DNA from: Podarcis gaigeae
Lineage: Eukaryota
Length of the DNA: 64,000 nt
Strand: one strand, 5' to 3'
Assembly: GCA_964106915.2 (NCBI GenBank)
Contig: OZ066925.1
Shown here: positions 13,755 to 26,330 of the stretch, one piece after another
Layout: each line of letters starts with the position of its first letter
Numbering within the stretch: the stretch's first letter is position 1
Notes under the pieces: model-generated
The model's database searches: none
What the model was told of the DNA's origin: nothing
What the model saw: only the letters and a program-made list of their open reading frames with translations
Translations under genes and position numbers: made by a program

Positions 13755-14694
13755 TTTTTATTTTTTTAAACATTTTTTTATTGCTTTTTTAAAAGTACAG
13801 AAATACAGAAAAAAGAATAAAGAGTGGTTATAAGAAAGAGAGATATAAATAACAAATTTCCATATTCTTTTTCCATCTAACCTATAGGACTTCCCCACAT
13901 CCTCCGAACCCTGCGTTCTCTGTCTTATAAAGCATCAGCAATTTGTTAACTTATTTCAAAACTTATTGTAACTTCCATTTTATCATGTTCCCTATTTTCA
14001 ATTTTACTGTCGCTCAATTCTTATATGTTTTATATTAAACACAATAAAGTTATTTCATTATTTTACCTCTGAATTCTTGTGTCTTAATTTTCATTCCAAT
14101 AACTTACATTTGCTGAAGCTAGAATTTCCTGAAAGGTGCATTTTTTTTTTTTAACATTCATACAACTTATAGTGTTTTTTCAAATAGTCCTTAAACTTTT
14201 CCCAATCCTCCTCAGTTGTTTCTTCTCCCGCGTCTCGGATTCTGCCAGTCATTTCAGCCAGTTCCATATAGTCCATCAACTGCGATTGCCATTCCTCCAG
14301 CGTGGGTAAATCTTGTGTCTTCCAGTATTTTGCAATCAGGATCCTTGCTGCTGTGGTAGCATACATAAAAAAGGTTCTGTCCTTCTTAAGCACTCTCTGG
14401 TCCACCATGCCCAGAAGGAAGGCCTCTGGTTTTTTAGGTAAGGTAAATCTCAATACCTTTTTTAGTTCATTATGGATCATTTCCCAGAAGGCCTTCACTT
14501 TCGGGCAGGTCCACCAGAGATGAAAGAATGTCCCTTCCGCCTCTCCACATTTCCAACATTTGTTGTCAGACAGATGATATATCTTGGCTAACTTGACTGG
14601 GGTCATGTACCACCGGTATACCATTTTCATAATATTTTCCTTCAAGGCAGTACATGCCGTGAATTTCAAACCGGTGTTCCATAACCTTTCCCAG
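13755..14694 (-). mobile_element. L1-clade LINE, 5'-truncated, inserted in a hAT MITE
   Basis: ORF2 C-terminus with CCHC knuckle (CWKCGEAEGTFFHLWWTC), A-rich tail, 19-bp TSD tatgacaactctcatttta (13736-13754 / 14695-14713). The host MITE matches the uninterrupted copy at 39382-39516. Confidence 0.93.
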
Positions 14695-15602
14695 TATGAC
14701 AACTCTCATTTTACATACCCATGAAAGAGAGGGTGTGTCCTGGAAAAAGAGGACATATGGCAAACCTATAAGGAGGACAAACACATAGTGGAAAACAGGC
14801 AAAAACAAACAAACAAGCGGATCTCACCACCATTAGGGAAGGAATTTTAGGTGAACATTTTAACTCCTCAGCAGTGTATTTTCAACTCAAAAGGGAAGAA
14901 TATTCTACCCAGCCCTAATTTCAAATGCTTCTGTAATGAAATGGAAAACTAGAAAGTACTCAGATATCCATTAAGCTCCCAACACAATTCTTCAGTTGCT
15001 AATTAAAATAATAAGAAGACACAGTCATGGAGCTGAAACGCATTAGCAGAGATCTTTAAAAATTAGCTAGAGCTTGAAACAGAAAATCCCTTCTGTGCCT
15101 GCTTGTAAAAGACTGGCTGATAAATGTTTACAAGGAATCAACACGGGACGGAGACCTTGGTTGCCATTGTTCGTGCCACCATCATGTACAATGATGCTGG
15201 AATCCAGGTTTTTCCAGGTTTGTAAATTACGCTGGGCCCCAGCAGATGAGTATGAGCATCAAAATGGGACTCCAAAGTCATATCTTATATGGCAAATATA
15301 ATTAAGGATGCATAAACACAGTGCAATTGGTCCTGGAACGAAGTATTGAAAACAGGAATCACAGAACAAATATGCACAGGTGCTGATTGCCAAGAAAAGA
15401 GAATTGGGAAGAGGCAATGAAATCAAATCCTGTCTAGTGCTGAAGAGAGTTTCTGAAGCTTTATTAGCAAAAGCACACCATTGAGCTCACCTAATATGCA
15501 CTAAATCAAAGGAGATTATAATAAGCAGCACTGCTGTATAAAGGCACCGGTTCTAGGTCACCTAGAAAAACTCTCGCTTCGCAACAGCTTGGAAATAATA
15601 TA

Positions 15603-15861
15603 CCATATTTTTCGCTCTATAAGATGCACCAGACCACAAGACGCACCTAGTTTTTGGAGGAGGAAAACAAGAAAAAAAATATTCTGAATCTCAGAAGCCA
15701 GAACAGCAAGAGGGATCGCTGTGCAGTGAAAGCAGCAATCCCTCTTGCTGTTCTGGTTCCTGTGATAGCTGCGCAGCCTGCATTCGCTCCATAAGATGCA
15801 CACACATTTCCCCTTACTTTTTAGGAGGGAAAAAGTGAGTCTTATAGAGCAAAAAATACGG
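15603..15861. mobile_element. Tc1/mariner-type MITE (CCGTATTTTT family), short form
   Basis: TIRs cc(a)tatttttcgctctataaga / tcttatagagcaaaaaatacgg; TA flanks. Confidence 0.85.
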
Positions 15862-16391
15862 TAGTTCACAGTTTGGCACAAGCAGGCACCTGAAACACTT
15901 GCGAATGTTGAACAAAGCAATTGAAATGGAGTTGTGTGTAAGTGTTTTTTTTATTATTATATCTTAATTGCCCCAAGACTGTATGGTTAATAAAGTTGAA
16001 GGGCTCTCTCCTCAATCAGTATTGATGAAACACCTCGAAACTAACAGTCCCTATAGGCTCAATAACAGACACGGGAAACACATTCCATTCAGTAAGCTCT
16101 ACTTCAAAGAGAAGCCTGCATTGCAGGAGAAGAAGAGGGTGGAATCACTGCAAATAAAGATACATCAGTTCTGCAAGTTGCGTGTGGGAGAAGTGTGCAA
16201 CTGGAGGTTCTCAACGGGGGCAGCTGGCAGTCATGCAACTGTGAAAAGCACACACATGGAGGAGGGTTCACAATCCACTGGACAAGGGAGATCAGCAGTG
16301 TGGAGACCCCAGAAACAGGAGGCAGAGATTGTGAGCAGGCAGGCATAGGGGTCGTGTTTCACTATTTTATCCAGGGTGCCCCAAAGCCTTC

Positions 16392-16820
16392 TGTTGTTGT
16401 TGTTGTTTAGTCGTTTAGTTGTGTCCGACTCTTTGTGACCCCATGGACCAGAGCACGCCAGGCACTCCTGTCTTCCACTGTCTCCCGCAGTTTGGTCAGA
16501 CTCATGTTTGTAGCTTCGAGAACACTGTCCAACCATCTCGTCCTCTGTCGTCCCCTTCTCCTTGTGCCCTCCATCTTTCCCAACATCAGGGTCTTTTCCA
16601 GGGAGTCTTCTCTTCTCATGAGGTGGCCAAAGTATTGGAGCCTCGGCTTCACGATCTGTCCTTCCAATGAGCACTCAGGGCTGATTTCCTTCAGAATGGA
16701 TAGGTTTGATCTTCTTGCAGTCCAGGGGACTCTCAAGAGTCTCCTCCAGACCATAATTCAAAAGCATCAATTATTTGGCGATCAGCCTTCTTTATGGTCC
16801 AGCTCTCACTTCCATACATC
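16392..16820 (-). mobile_element. BovB LINE, 5'-truncated
   Basis: ORF 16407-16754(-) WRRLLRVPWTARRSNLSILKEISPECSLEG...; (CAA)n tail. Confidence 0.95.
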
Positions 16821-16960
16821 TGTTTTATTCTGTTACCAGAGTCCAATGGTTGGCCTTGTCCCCATGGCTCCGTCTCACCTCAGAATGGGCAAATTTTGAT
16901 GGGAGAGGCACCATTGGCCTTCCCCTTTGACGTCAGGGGCCGGCAGGATGCTGAGGAATG

Positions 16961-17456
16961 TGTAATGGGGAAAGGGAGCCTGGAGTTGGACTCAGAGGAA
17001 GGGGGGGCAATGGTTTGTAGGGGCCTGTACCAGCCAAGAAGCAAGAGTTGGAGGCAGGGGAAGGTCAGAGCTAGAGGCTGGAGTGCAGGATGGGTTGGAA
17101 GAAGGGGAGGAAGAGGCAGGTAGGGCAAGTGAAGGGTCAGGTGCTTCCCCCACCTTCTGCATCACTGTATTGCAGATCTAGGAGGGAACTGAAAAGGGAG
17201 GAGCACAGGAAGTTTCCATGCAGATGCAGTCTCTAGCTGCCCATCGAGTAAACTGGTGGGGGTGGGAATGGTCCCCTGCGGCTGCAACTGCTCCATAGAG
17301 CGTGGACCTGGGAATAGCTGCCTAGCTGTCAGATTGATGCGTGTAGATGCCCAGAGCTGTAGAAGTGACTGTGTTGTTTTTGACAGTAAATACTTAACTA
17401 TCTGCTGTGCGCATTCCTTTGACTTGGAAGCACCACAGTTGGGCTCAGATCATACA
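16961..17456 (+). mobile_element. Degenerate solo-LTR-like element
   Basis: TGTAAT...CATACA termini, AG-rich 5' half with a decayed acidic/basic frame, AGTAAA near the 3' end; no TSD found. Confidence 0.4.
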
Positions 17457-17805
17457 TCTCTCGGATTGCAAAGGAGCCACTCTGCCATCCAGGTATCCTA
17501 GGAGAGGCATGGGGGGGGGGGGAGTCGCAGTGGAGCATATCCCATGAATAAATCAGGCTTCACATTAGAGGAGCCGTATGAAGTGGAGATGCATCAGAAT
17601 CAGCAACCACACCACTCATTCCATGCCATGATTTTTTTTTTTGCTCTTTTAAGAACATTTTTTGTTTATTTATTTCACAAAAGTTTATACCCCACCAAAG
17701 CAGTTTACAAAAGAATACCTCAATAAACTACCAGTAAAAAAAAAAGTTTTAAAAAACTATTCAAAACAAGAAAAAATAATTAAAATAAAAAATAAGCTAA
17801 AAACT

Positions 17806-18398
17806 GGGGCAGTTCAGCCAGCAGAGCACGAGACTCTTTATCTCAGGGTCATGGGTTCAAACCCCACATTGGACAGAAGATTCCTGCATTACAGGGGATT
17901 GGATTAGATGACCCCCGTGGTCCCTTTCTGTACACCCTTGTACAGCCCACGTCATCAGCCCCTGCATGGGTTGGGTGTTGGGAGCACCTTCTCCGACCTT
18001 CCAATCACAGGAACGTAGGAACAGCAACACAGCATTCCTGAGGAATAGGTCCTGGTGCAGTGGACTCACATTTGCTCATGTGAGCACCTCAAATGCAGCA
18101 GAGTAATGGCAACAAAGCTGTGGAGGTTTTGTTGCATACCTAATTTATTTCTTCTAATTAAACACATAAAAGAACATAACAAACATGTATGAGACAAACA
18201 GCTCTGTCATATTGCCATCTTGTCTCTAGACAGCTCAAAGAAGAACCAAACAGTACTAGGGACAGAAGTCTGGAAGAGCAGCTTCTGCTCCCACCTTTCT
18301 CTCAGACGGAAAGTGAAACAAACATGATCTGGTGACCTTGCAATGGGAGGGATGAAAATACTGACAGTCCCTTCCAATTCTACAGTTGTATGATTCTA
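17806..18398 (+). mobile_element. tRNA-Lys-derived SINE with CR1 3' tail, split by a 438-bp insertion (17929-18366)
   Basis: Head agagcacgagactctttatctcagggtcatgggttcaaaccccacattgg resembles tRNA-Lys(CTT); tail ttcctgcattacaggggattggattagatgacc...gtccctt resumes at 18367 as gtcccttccaattctacagttgtatgattcta. Confidence 0.78.
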
Positions 18399-18656
18399 AG
18401 TTGCATGTATGAAAACATATGGCAACATTCTGCGTGTTTGGAAAATGCTTTTAGCTGGCCGCAAAAGAGTACAGTGAAGGAGCCTGCCTGACGTCAGTAG
18501 GCAGTGGGTTCCAGTTGGTGCAGCCACACTAAAAGATCAGTTTCTTATGAATCCCGAATGAGTGTTCTGCATCACCTACAACCGTGCCAACCTGCAAGGC
18601 AATCTTGCAGGTCATCTGGTCCCAAGCTGTTAAGGGCTTTATATACTGATTGTAAA

Positions 18657-19005
18657 GGGATGCGGGTGGCGCTGTGGGTTAAACCACAGAGCCTAGGACT
18701 TGCGGATCAGAAGGTCGGCGGTTCAAATCCCCGCAAGGGGTGAGCTCCCGTTGCTCGGTCCCTGCTCCTGCCAACCTAGCAGTTCGAAAGCATGTCAAAG
18801 TGCAAGTAGATAAATAGGTACCGCTCCAGCGGGAAGGTAAACGGCGTTTCCGTGCGCTGCTCTTGTTCACCGGAAGCGGCTTAGTCATGCTGGCCACATG
18901 ACCTGGAAGCTGTACGCCGGCTCCCTTGGCCAATAAAGTGAGATGAGCGCCGCAACCTCAGAGTCGGCCACAACTGGACCTAATGGTCAGGGGTCCCTTT
19001 ACCTT
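18657..19005 (+). mobile_element. Sauria SINE, full length
   Basis: Same family as 1412; 14-bp TSD tatactgattgtaa at 18642-18655 and 19006-19019. Confidence 0.94.
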
Positions 19006-20256
19006 TATACTGATTGTAACACCTTGAGCTTGACATAGTAGCATAGTAAACTGCTCCATGTCTAGTCAGATCATTGATCCATCTAACTCAGTACTGTCTG
19101 CATGAACTGGTAGTAGCTCTCTGGGGTTTAAAAGAGGCGTCTTTCACATCTCTAACTGAAGATGCCAGGAACTGAGCTTGCACTGTGTTGCTAAGCCAAA
19201 ACCTTTCCCCTGTTGCACACTCCCTCATTAAGGGACCTGCCTCCTTCTCTCAACCCCAGCGATATTTTCAGAAAGCAGACAACTCTATTTGCGGGCTCAT
19301 TCCCAAAGTATTCCCCATTCTTACTTTCTGGGTTCTAATTGCGTTTCAGATTGTGTGTATATATCACTAATATTCTGTATCTTCATTTTCTGGCCTGTGT
19401 AGTAATTGAGCGTTCAGTCATTGTTCTGCCCTCTTTTCTGTCAACACTTATTAAAATGAAGCAATTAGCTATTGTCTTAAATGGAGTTTAGAGGTATGGC
19501 TCATTAGTTTTAGGCTCATTACAATTAACTGGGATGATAAATGTAAAATCCCTTTATTGCGGGCCCCTGTGCAGGAAAGTTGCAAGGCTTGATTATCTTG
19601 CGTAAATGTTAATTCAGCACAGAGTGCGCTGGAAGTAGCGTTTTCTGCTGGGCCTGCTTGCTTTATGGAGGGAAAATGGTTCTGTAACACAAATGCTATT
19701 AAAAGTACTAAATCTCTGGTCCTCCTTGCCAGGGCTAATGTTCACATGGCAACCAAAATTCCATGCGCTGTACTTGGGGATTGGGAAGAAATTCAGTTTA
19801 GTTTTAATTTTATTGTGAACCTCCTTGCATGGGCCAAAAATGAGGCATGGGCCAAAAACACAGCTATCCTTCGAAACATGAACTTCCTTGGCTTTTGCAA
19901 TGCAGCTCTCTGGCCAAAAAAATATGTGAGTGCAAATATGTACATAAGGGGAAAGGGAGCATTTTAAAAGATTATATTTGTGCAGTGGTTGGCACAGAAA
20001 AAAGCATTGCATTAGGGTACGATTGCCATATTTCAAAAAGTGAAAATCCAGAAACAAATTCTGGATATGCCTGGAAGATCCTAGATGTATCGTAGCCCAA
20101 CATTGCTTGCAAAAATCTCTATGCTAGGAGATATGACCACTAAAATCCTGATGAAAATTTGTGAGGACTTTTAAAAAATAAAACAAAATCACAAACTAGT
20201 GAGGAAATGTGGGCGATGGAATTAAGGCTGGAGAAATGAGAAACTGAGACAAACAC

Positions 20257-20550
20257 TGTTAAGTTGTGGGTGAACATATCAGATGACACAGCGATTCTTC
20301 AAACAGCTCTTGTTTATTCAGAGGCCAGAACAGAATTGAACTGAAGAGCTCAGTCAGCCTGCTTATATAGAGCTCCAGTACAACGTTACTGTAGCAACTT
20401 TCTAAAACTATCCAATCACTGAACGTCACTTTCGATCCTTCATTGGCATACAAACTATCCAATCACTGAACATCACTTTTGATCCTTCATTTGCATAACT
20501 ATCTACAGTATCCCCCTGCTGGCTCAGGGTGAGAACTTCAGTACATAACA
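20257..20550 (-). mobile_element. Solo LTR
   Basis: TGTTA...TAACA termini, 5-bp TSD aacac, minus-strand TATA (ctatataag) and AATAAA, internal 47-bp tandem duplication. Confidence 0.85.
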
Positions 20551-20938
20551 AACACGACTGGCACATTTGTCCGTTCCTAACTGCTAAGACTTATATTTGA
20601 GTCTTCTGGCGGCATTCAGTCTTTTTTATCTCCCACTTTATTCTTTGCTCTAATTACTCTGCATTCTATTTTCTGTTATTTTATTTTTTAAAAAAACTGA
20701 ATTATTTTGTGGTGGTTGTTTTTTTTGCAGTGTTCTTGCATAATATTGCAGGTTAATCATTTATAGGATTAAACTGGTTCCTGGGTATACCAATGCAAAA
20801 TGTCTACCTTGATCTCCTGGGTTATTTAGAGCAGATTAGCAAGTCTTTCTTGTCTCAATATTTTAAGTACTTACTACCCATTTTTGAAGCCTTCATTGAA
20901 AGCCTTATTGGCTGAAGGGTCAGGATATAAATCCTGAA

Positions 20939-20940
<2 letters not shown>

Positions 20941-20986
<46 letters not shown>
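20941..20986. repeat. (GA)n microsatellite
   Basis: Visible dinucleotide run. Confidence 0.95.
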
Positions 20987-20987
<1 letters not shown>

Positions 20988-21278
20988 GGAAGCATAAGAG
21001 TCTACCAGATCAGTCCTATGGCCCCTCTAGACCTGTTCTCACAGTGGCCAACCAGATGCCTATAGAAAATCTGAAAGTAAATTAGTAATACCAGGTTGCT
21101 CCCCCCCCCCCGCCTTTTCTAAACCAGACTGCTGTTCAAATGTGGTTTCAGATCTTGGTTAGCAAAGTGACATTAAGCCGCAGCTCCCCATTTCAGGTAT
21201 AAGGTGGAAACGTGGCTTTAAAAGTCCAGGACAGGAGTGCCAAAGCTGGCGAACAAGGGGAGGATGGGGTAGAAAGTA

Positions 21279-21520
21279 CAGTGGTACCTCGGGTTAAGTA
21301 CTTAATTCGTTCCGGAGGTCCGTTCTTAACCTGAAACTGTTCCTAACCTGAAGCACCACTTTAGCTAATGGGGCCTCCTGCTGCCGCCGCGCCGCCAGAG
21401 CAAGATTTCTGTTCTCATCCTGAAGCAAAGTTCTTAACCTGAAGCACCATTTCTGGGTTAGCGGAGTCTGTAACCTGAAGCATATGTAACCTGAAACGTA
21501 TGTAACCCGAGGTGCCACTG
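21279..21520. mobile_element. Tigger/pogo-like MITE (CAGTGGTACCTC family)
   Basis: TIRs cagtggtacctcgggtta / taacccgaggtgccactg; TA TSD. Confidence 0.9.
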
Positions 21521-22080
21521 TATAGGTCCAGAGCTCAGACGTTATGTCTGAAACAGAAGGAAGCAGGTAAACTGACAGTATGTAAAGGATGCATATATTG
21601 ATTTGCATAATTTATAGGGCTGCAACTCGATTAACTGAATATTCATGTGAGTTTTAGCTGGTGAATCTAGCACACCGTTCCCATCCATTTGCATACGGAT
21701 AAAAACAGTATTCCTGGAATGAAAAAGCCTAAGAGCCTAGGAAGCTGCCTTATACTGAGCCAGATGACTGGTCCATCTACCTTAGTATTGTCTACACGGA
21801 CCGGCAGAGGCTCTTCGGAACGTTCAGGCAGGGATCTTTCCCAGCCTTACCTAGAGATGCCTTGGGCCCCCTCAAAATTTTCGAGGAGGGGCCCCACAGC
21901 AACGTGTACACGCTGTGCGTTCACACCACCCAGCATGCTCACTTTGCTCACACATGCTGCACAAGCCACAGTGTGCACACAACACGCAAGCACGCCTTGT
22001 GGCGTGTGCACATGATGTGAGGAAGTCACATGGCGCAAGCCCCCTCAATCATGGAGGCATGCAGGTTTGCCTGTGTGTGT

Positions 22081-22419
22081 CATAGCTGTCAACTTACAGA
22101 TTTGAAAATAAGGGACCAGCAGCCTCGAAAATAAGGGATCAGCAGCCACAATAAGGGATCAACAATTACTTTGATAAAATACATATTTTGTTGCATGCAA
22201 ATGGCTTTAGATACCTATTAGGTCCATAAATTACCATATAGCATATATTCAACAACAAAAAACAACAACACCAGCAACAATTGGTTGTTGACAAAGGACA
22301 GCTGGACATAGAAAGGGCCCCATTACCTTCAGTAGCTTATTTAAGGGACATCATCAATAAGGGACATGGCGCTGGGATAAGGGACTGTCCTGCCAAATAA
22401 GGGACGCTTGACAGCTATG
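22081..22419. mobile_element. hAT-type MITE (CATAGCTGTCAA TIRs)
   Basis: Perfect 12-bp TIRs, repeated subterminal aataaggga motifs, 8-bp TSD gtgtgtgt/gtttgtgt; followed by (TG)n to ~22452. Confidence 0.85.
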
Positions 22420-22455
<36 letters not shown>

Positions 22456-23430
22456 ACACAATCCAGTTTAATCATCTTTATACTTATACTTAAAGTACTC
22501 TATCCCAATGCAACAAAATAGGCCTCTTAGCTTGATTTTCTGAAAGAACTAAGCAGTGCTGAAGATGTGAATGAGATTTGCATATTTTCACATTAACGTT
22601 TCTGGCTGCAATCTTGCCTACATTAAGGCTTCCTAAATCTCAGCAAAGTCTCTGAGATTTAAGCAGTCAAACTGTGCTCTGGGTTACAACCAATTCCTCA
22701 TTTCTATAGCACTGGTACAGTGCAATTCCGCTGCAGCTCCATAACGATCTCTGTGTGGTGCATTTAACCAGGAACGACAGTCACAAGGCCACCCACAAAG
22801 TTTAATTGCTGAACATGGATTAGAGTCTAAGGCTGCAATCCTAAACACACTGATGGGAAAGTCAGACCCATTTGCATCCCTTATACCAGCTCAGACTCTT
22901 GGTTCTTTTGCCCAGCATTGTCTATCTTGGCTTGGGTCAGCAGCTACCCAGAGGCTACATTAGACAAAAGTTTTTTCCCAGCACCTGCTCCCTGCCTCTT
23001 TTAACTAGAAATGCCAGGGCTTAAATTTCTGCAGGCGAAGGATGCGCTCTACTACTGAGTGTTCGCTGCTTCCTCTAAGGTGGGGTCCTTCTTTTTCCCT
23101 AGTGCCTGGGTTTGTCTGGAAATTGAACCCACGACTTCTCACATCCATAGTGAGTAGCATGCCCCTAGATGAACAAATGGGATTTACTTCTGAGTAGTAG
23201 GGTGGCCATGTGTCCTACTTTGCAGAGGACAGCCCTCTGTTTGAAGCTCTCCTCTCATGAGCAGGAGCCTGGCAATTGGCCATCAGTATAGTGAGAGAGA
23301 GATGACAATAGCTGTCAGTGCTATTTTTCTAGGAAAGGGGATGCTGGAACTCACTATGAACACCTCCCTTGTTCTCTTATAATGGCAGCCACCTGGGAGG
23401 TTCCAGAACAGCTGGTGACTCCCAGCTGAC

Positions 23431-23512
23431 AAAAAGCCCTGGTTATTTCTAAGTTTGCCCAAAAAGCCCTGGTTATTTCTAAGTTTGCCCAAAAAGCACT
23501 GGTTATTTCTAA
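23431..23512. repeat. 30-bp tandem repeat (~2.7 units) at the right end of a hAT-like MITE (23316-23441)
   Basis: Unit aaaaagccctggttatttctaagtttgccc. Confidence 0.9.
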
Positions 23513-26091
23513 AGTACCATGTGCAAATTTCTTGCAAATTGGTGACATCTTTTGTCTGCTTTTCTTTTGGTGGTAATAATCCTTTTTTAATTATTTTTTG
23601 GAGGCAATACAAAATGAGCCACCTTACCTTTATGTTCCATGTGATTTGCAGAAGATTCTGATCATGCTTTTTCAGATGTAATATTTGAGCTGTAGTGAAT
23701 AGACTCCACTTCAGAGCAGATATTAGCCATTTGAGCTGGTCAAATATTCCCTCCTCCTCAAAGACAACTCTCTATACAAATATTTACCTTTCAAAAGGTA
23801 AATTGCTTTGAGCACAATTGCTTTTCCTGGCTGCTGCATTGTTGGCACTTTTTCAAATGAGTGTTCCCACCCAAACAGGACTCACATAGTGAATGGGGTA
23901 CTGTATTAATTGCAATGCTATGGAGAGTTCACTTGCACCACTCAAGGTGTCACTGAGAGCAAGTGATGGCAATTGAAAGCAGGTGTAAGTGAGGGCAAAG
24001 TGATTGAAGCAGTGCAGAAGGTTCAAAAAACAGTAGAGAATAGCCACAATTCCTGCTAATGATGAATACTGGCTCTGCCAGAATTTGACCTTCCGTAGCT
24101 AGTGAAAAGGCAGATTTAGACATATTTAGAGCATCAAAGCATCGTTGCACTGTTTCAATTATGCATTAGCCTTGACTTTCTACAGGGTCTATTCAAGCAC
24201 TCAGTACTGAAGTGGACAGCCTGATAGCTTTGAATTGCTATGTGCTTTTGTGAACCCCTAAGAGCTTGTCCCATAGGTATGTGTGCACAACAGTCTTCTA
24301 AGAACATGTCTGTTTAATGCAGGCCTGTGCCTGGGTTTGTTGCATCATTATCAGATAATGCTGTTTCTTGAGATGTGTGTTGTCCATTTCAGTATTCTGT
24401 AAGCAAGACTAATGGAATGTAGCCCTGATGGTGGGGGATGTCCCCCCAATGGAAAGGAACTGGAACATGGTGGACATTTCAGAAAAACACATAACTAAAA
24501 GGCCCTTTTTATAGCCATAAGAGGTACTGAAAAATGATCTTGGTTGCTGGGATCCAACTGCTGCATCCTCACTGGAAACATGATCCTTGAGTCCTTTAAG
24601 CCCAGTAGCAGAAGCTGAGCCTTTGGTCATTCCCAAAAGCAAAGGCATCATCTATTGCTTCATCATCTCCAAGGCTGCCATTGGCTCCCACTTCTAATAA
24701 TACTTTGTTATTGGATTTTGTATTTTCCTTATACTTCTGAATTCCCATGCTCTTCTAGCTCAAGCCAGTCCCAATGCTGATCGTTTATGCTGAGCAAGTG
24801 TGGACATCTCAGCCCCGATTCATTTGATCCTGTCCACCATAAAAAAATTAATGAATGCCCCATTCCTTCCCTTATATAAAATGCAGACTAAATTGTTGGT
24901 ACCTCTTTGATCCATGATCAACCTCTGAAGCAATGCAGAACCCTTTCCTCTTTGCTGGGAATCCTCTTTGTACCAAGTGAACGAAAGTCCCCAGAGCCAG
25001 TTTCACCTGTAAGCTTCCACCTGACATGTCCTGTGTTGACTACAGAATGCATTTCTGAATGCCCTGGGAGTTCCTCCCTTCCCTGCCTCTTGCACAAGGT
25101 GACTAAGGAATGTATTTCAACAGATATAAACAAGAGCCTTCTTTTTTATTTATCATTACCAAAATATAAAGACAAAACCACAACACAGGCAAATTTACAG
25201 CATGTAACCGCTAACAGAAGGTAATGTTCTGGAAAAGAGAAGCCCCTGGCTCTGTGTGGGTGGCAAGAGATTTCAGGAAAAAGACTTATTGCACCCCTTC
25301 CAGAAAGGGAGCTGTGTTATGTCTGTTGCAGCAGAAGTAAGAACACATTTATTATGGCCCAAGCTTTTATGGACTAAAGTCCATTTCATCAGATGCATGA
25401 AGTATTATCAGATGCATGGTTATCCCTCTGGAGCAGTTTTAGGGGAGAGGGGGCTCCAGCAAGGAGGAATCACTGAAAACCTGCTTCCCTCTCCACTCCA
25501 CTGAGTGACACTCAGCCAAGTGACACTCCGGCACACAGTGCTTTATCCCAATTCAAGCCACATTCATCTCTTCATAATATTTGCATGCTGCTTTCCCACA
25601 AAACCAAATCATGCTCAAAGGAAACAGGAAAGCATTTCAAACAAACATTGCAAAAACAACTTCATAATAACATAGCAAAACAATAGAAAATATAATAATG
25701 TCCAATAAAAACCACCCCACATTGCAATACTATTGATATAAATAACATGCTACATTCAATTGCAAAAATAACAAGGGAGCTTTGCAGTTTCACCATAGTC
25801 CAAGAAACACCCCTCTTAAGATGTTGCTCACAGTCCCTCTCCTGCAGCAGCTACAGGTGCGAACACTGAACCACTTGATGAATCGCAATTCAGTAGTTTA
25901 TGGACACAAGGTGCACAAAACCTTATGCTCTGATATATTTCAGGGCTGGGGAATTTCAGGCTCTGAAGCCAAATGCTGACATCCAGGCTTTTCTGCCTGC
26001 CCCTTGGGACTCTCCCCAGGCCAGGCCACACCCTTCATGGGCCTGGCTCCACCTGCTTGTCCTTGAAATGTGATCATGCCTCTTACTTGAG

Positions 26092-26330
26092 GTGGTGTAG
26101 TGGTTAAGAGCAGTAGACTCGTAATCTGATGAACCGGGTTCGATTCCCTGCTCCTCCACATGCAGTTGCTGGGTGGCCTTGGGCCAGTCACACTTCTCTG
26201 AAGTCTCTCAGCCCCACTCACCTCACAGAGTATTTGTTGGGGGGAAGGAAGGGAAAGGAGAATGTTAGCTGCTTTGAGACTCCTTCAGGTAGTGATAAAG
26301 CGGGATATCAAATCCAAACTCCTCCTCTTC
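26092..26330 (+). mobile_element. tRNA-derived CORE-type SINE (Squam3-like)
   Basis: gtggtgtagtggttaagagc head, gggtggccttgggccagtcac core-like block, ...gatatcaaatccaaactc(ctt) tail; possible TSD tacttg. Confidence 0.85.

Noticed and set aside
17806-17880. Functional tRNA-Lys gene (also tRNA-like heads at 45957 and 54415-54487)
   Set aside because: Stems and boxes are mutated and the heads are fused to a CR1 tail, so these are SINEs.
23431-23512. 30-bp repeats as a CRISPR-like array
   Set aside because: Head-to-tail units without spacers, in a vertebrate genome.
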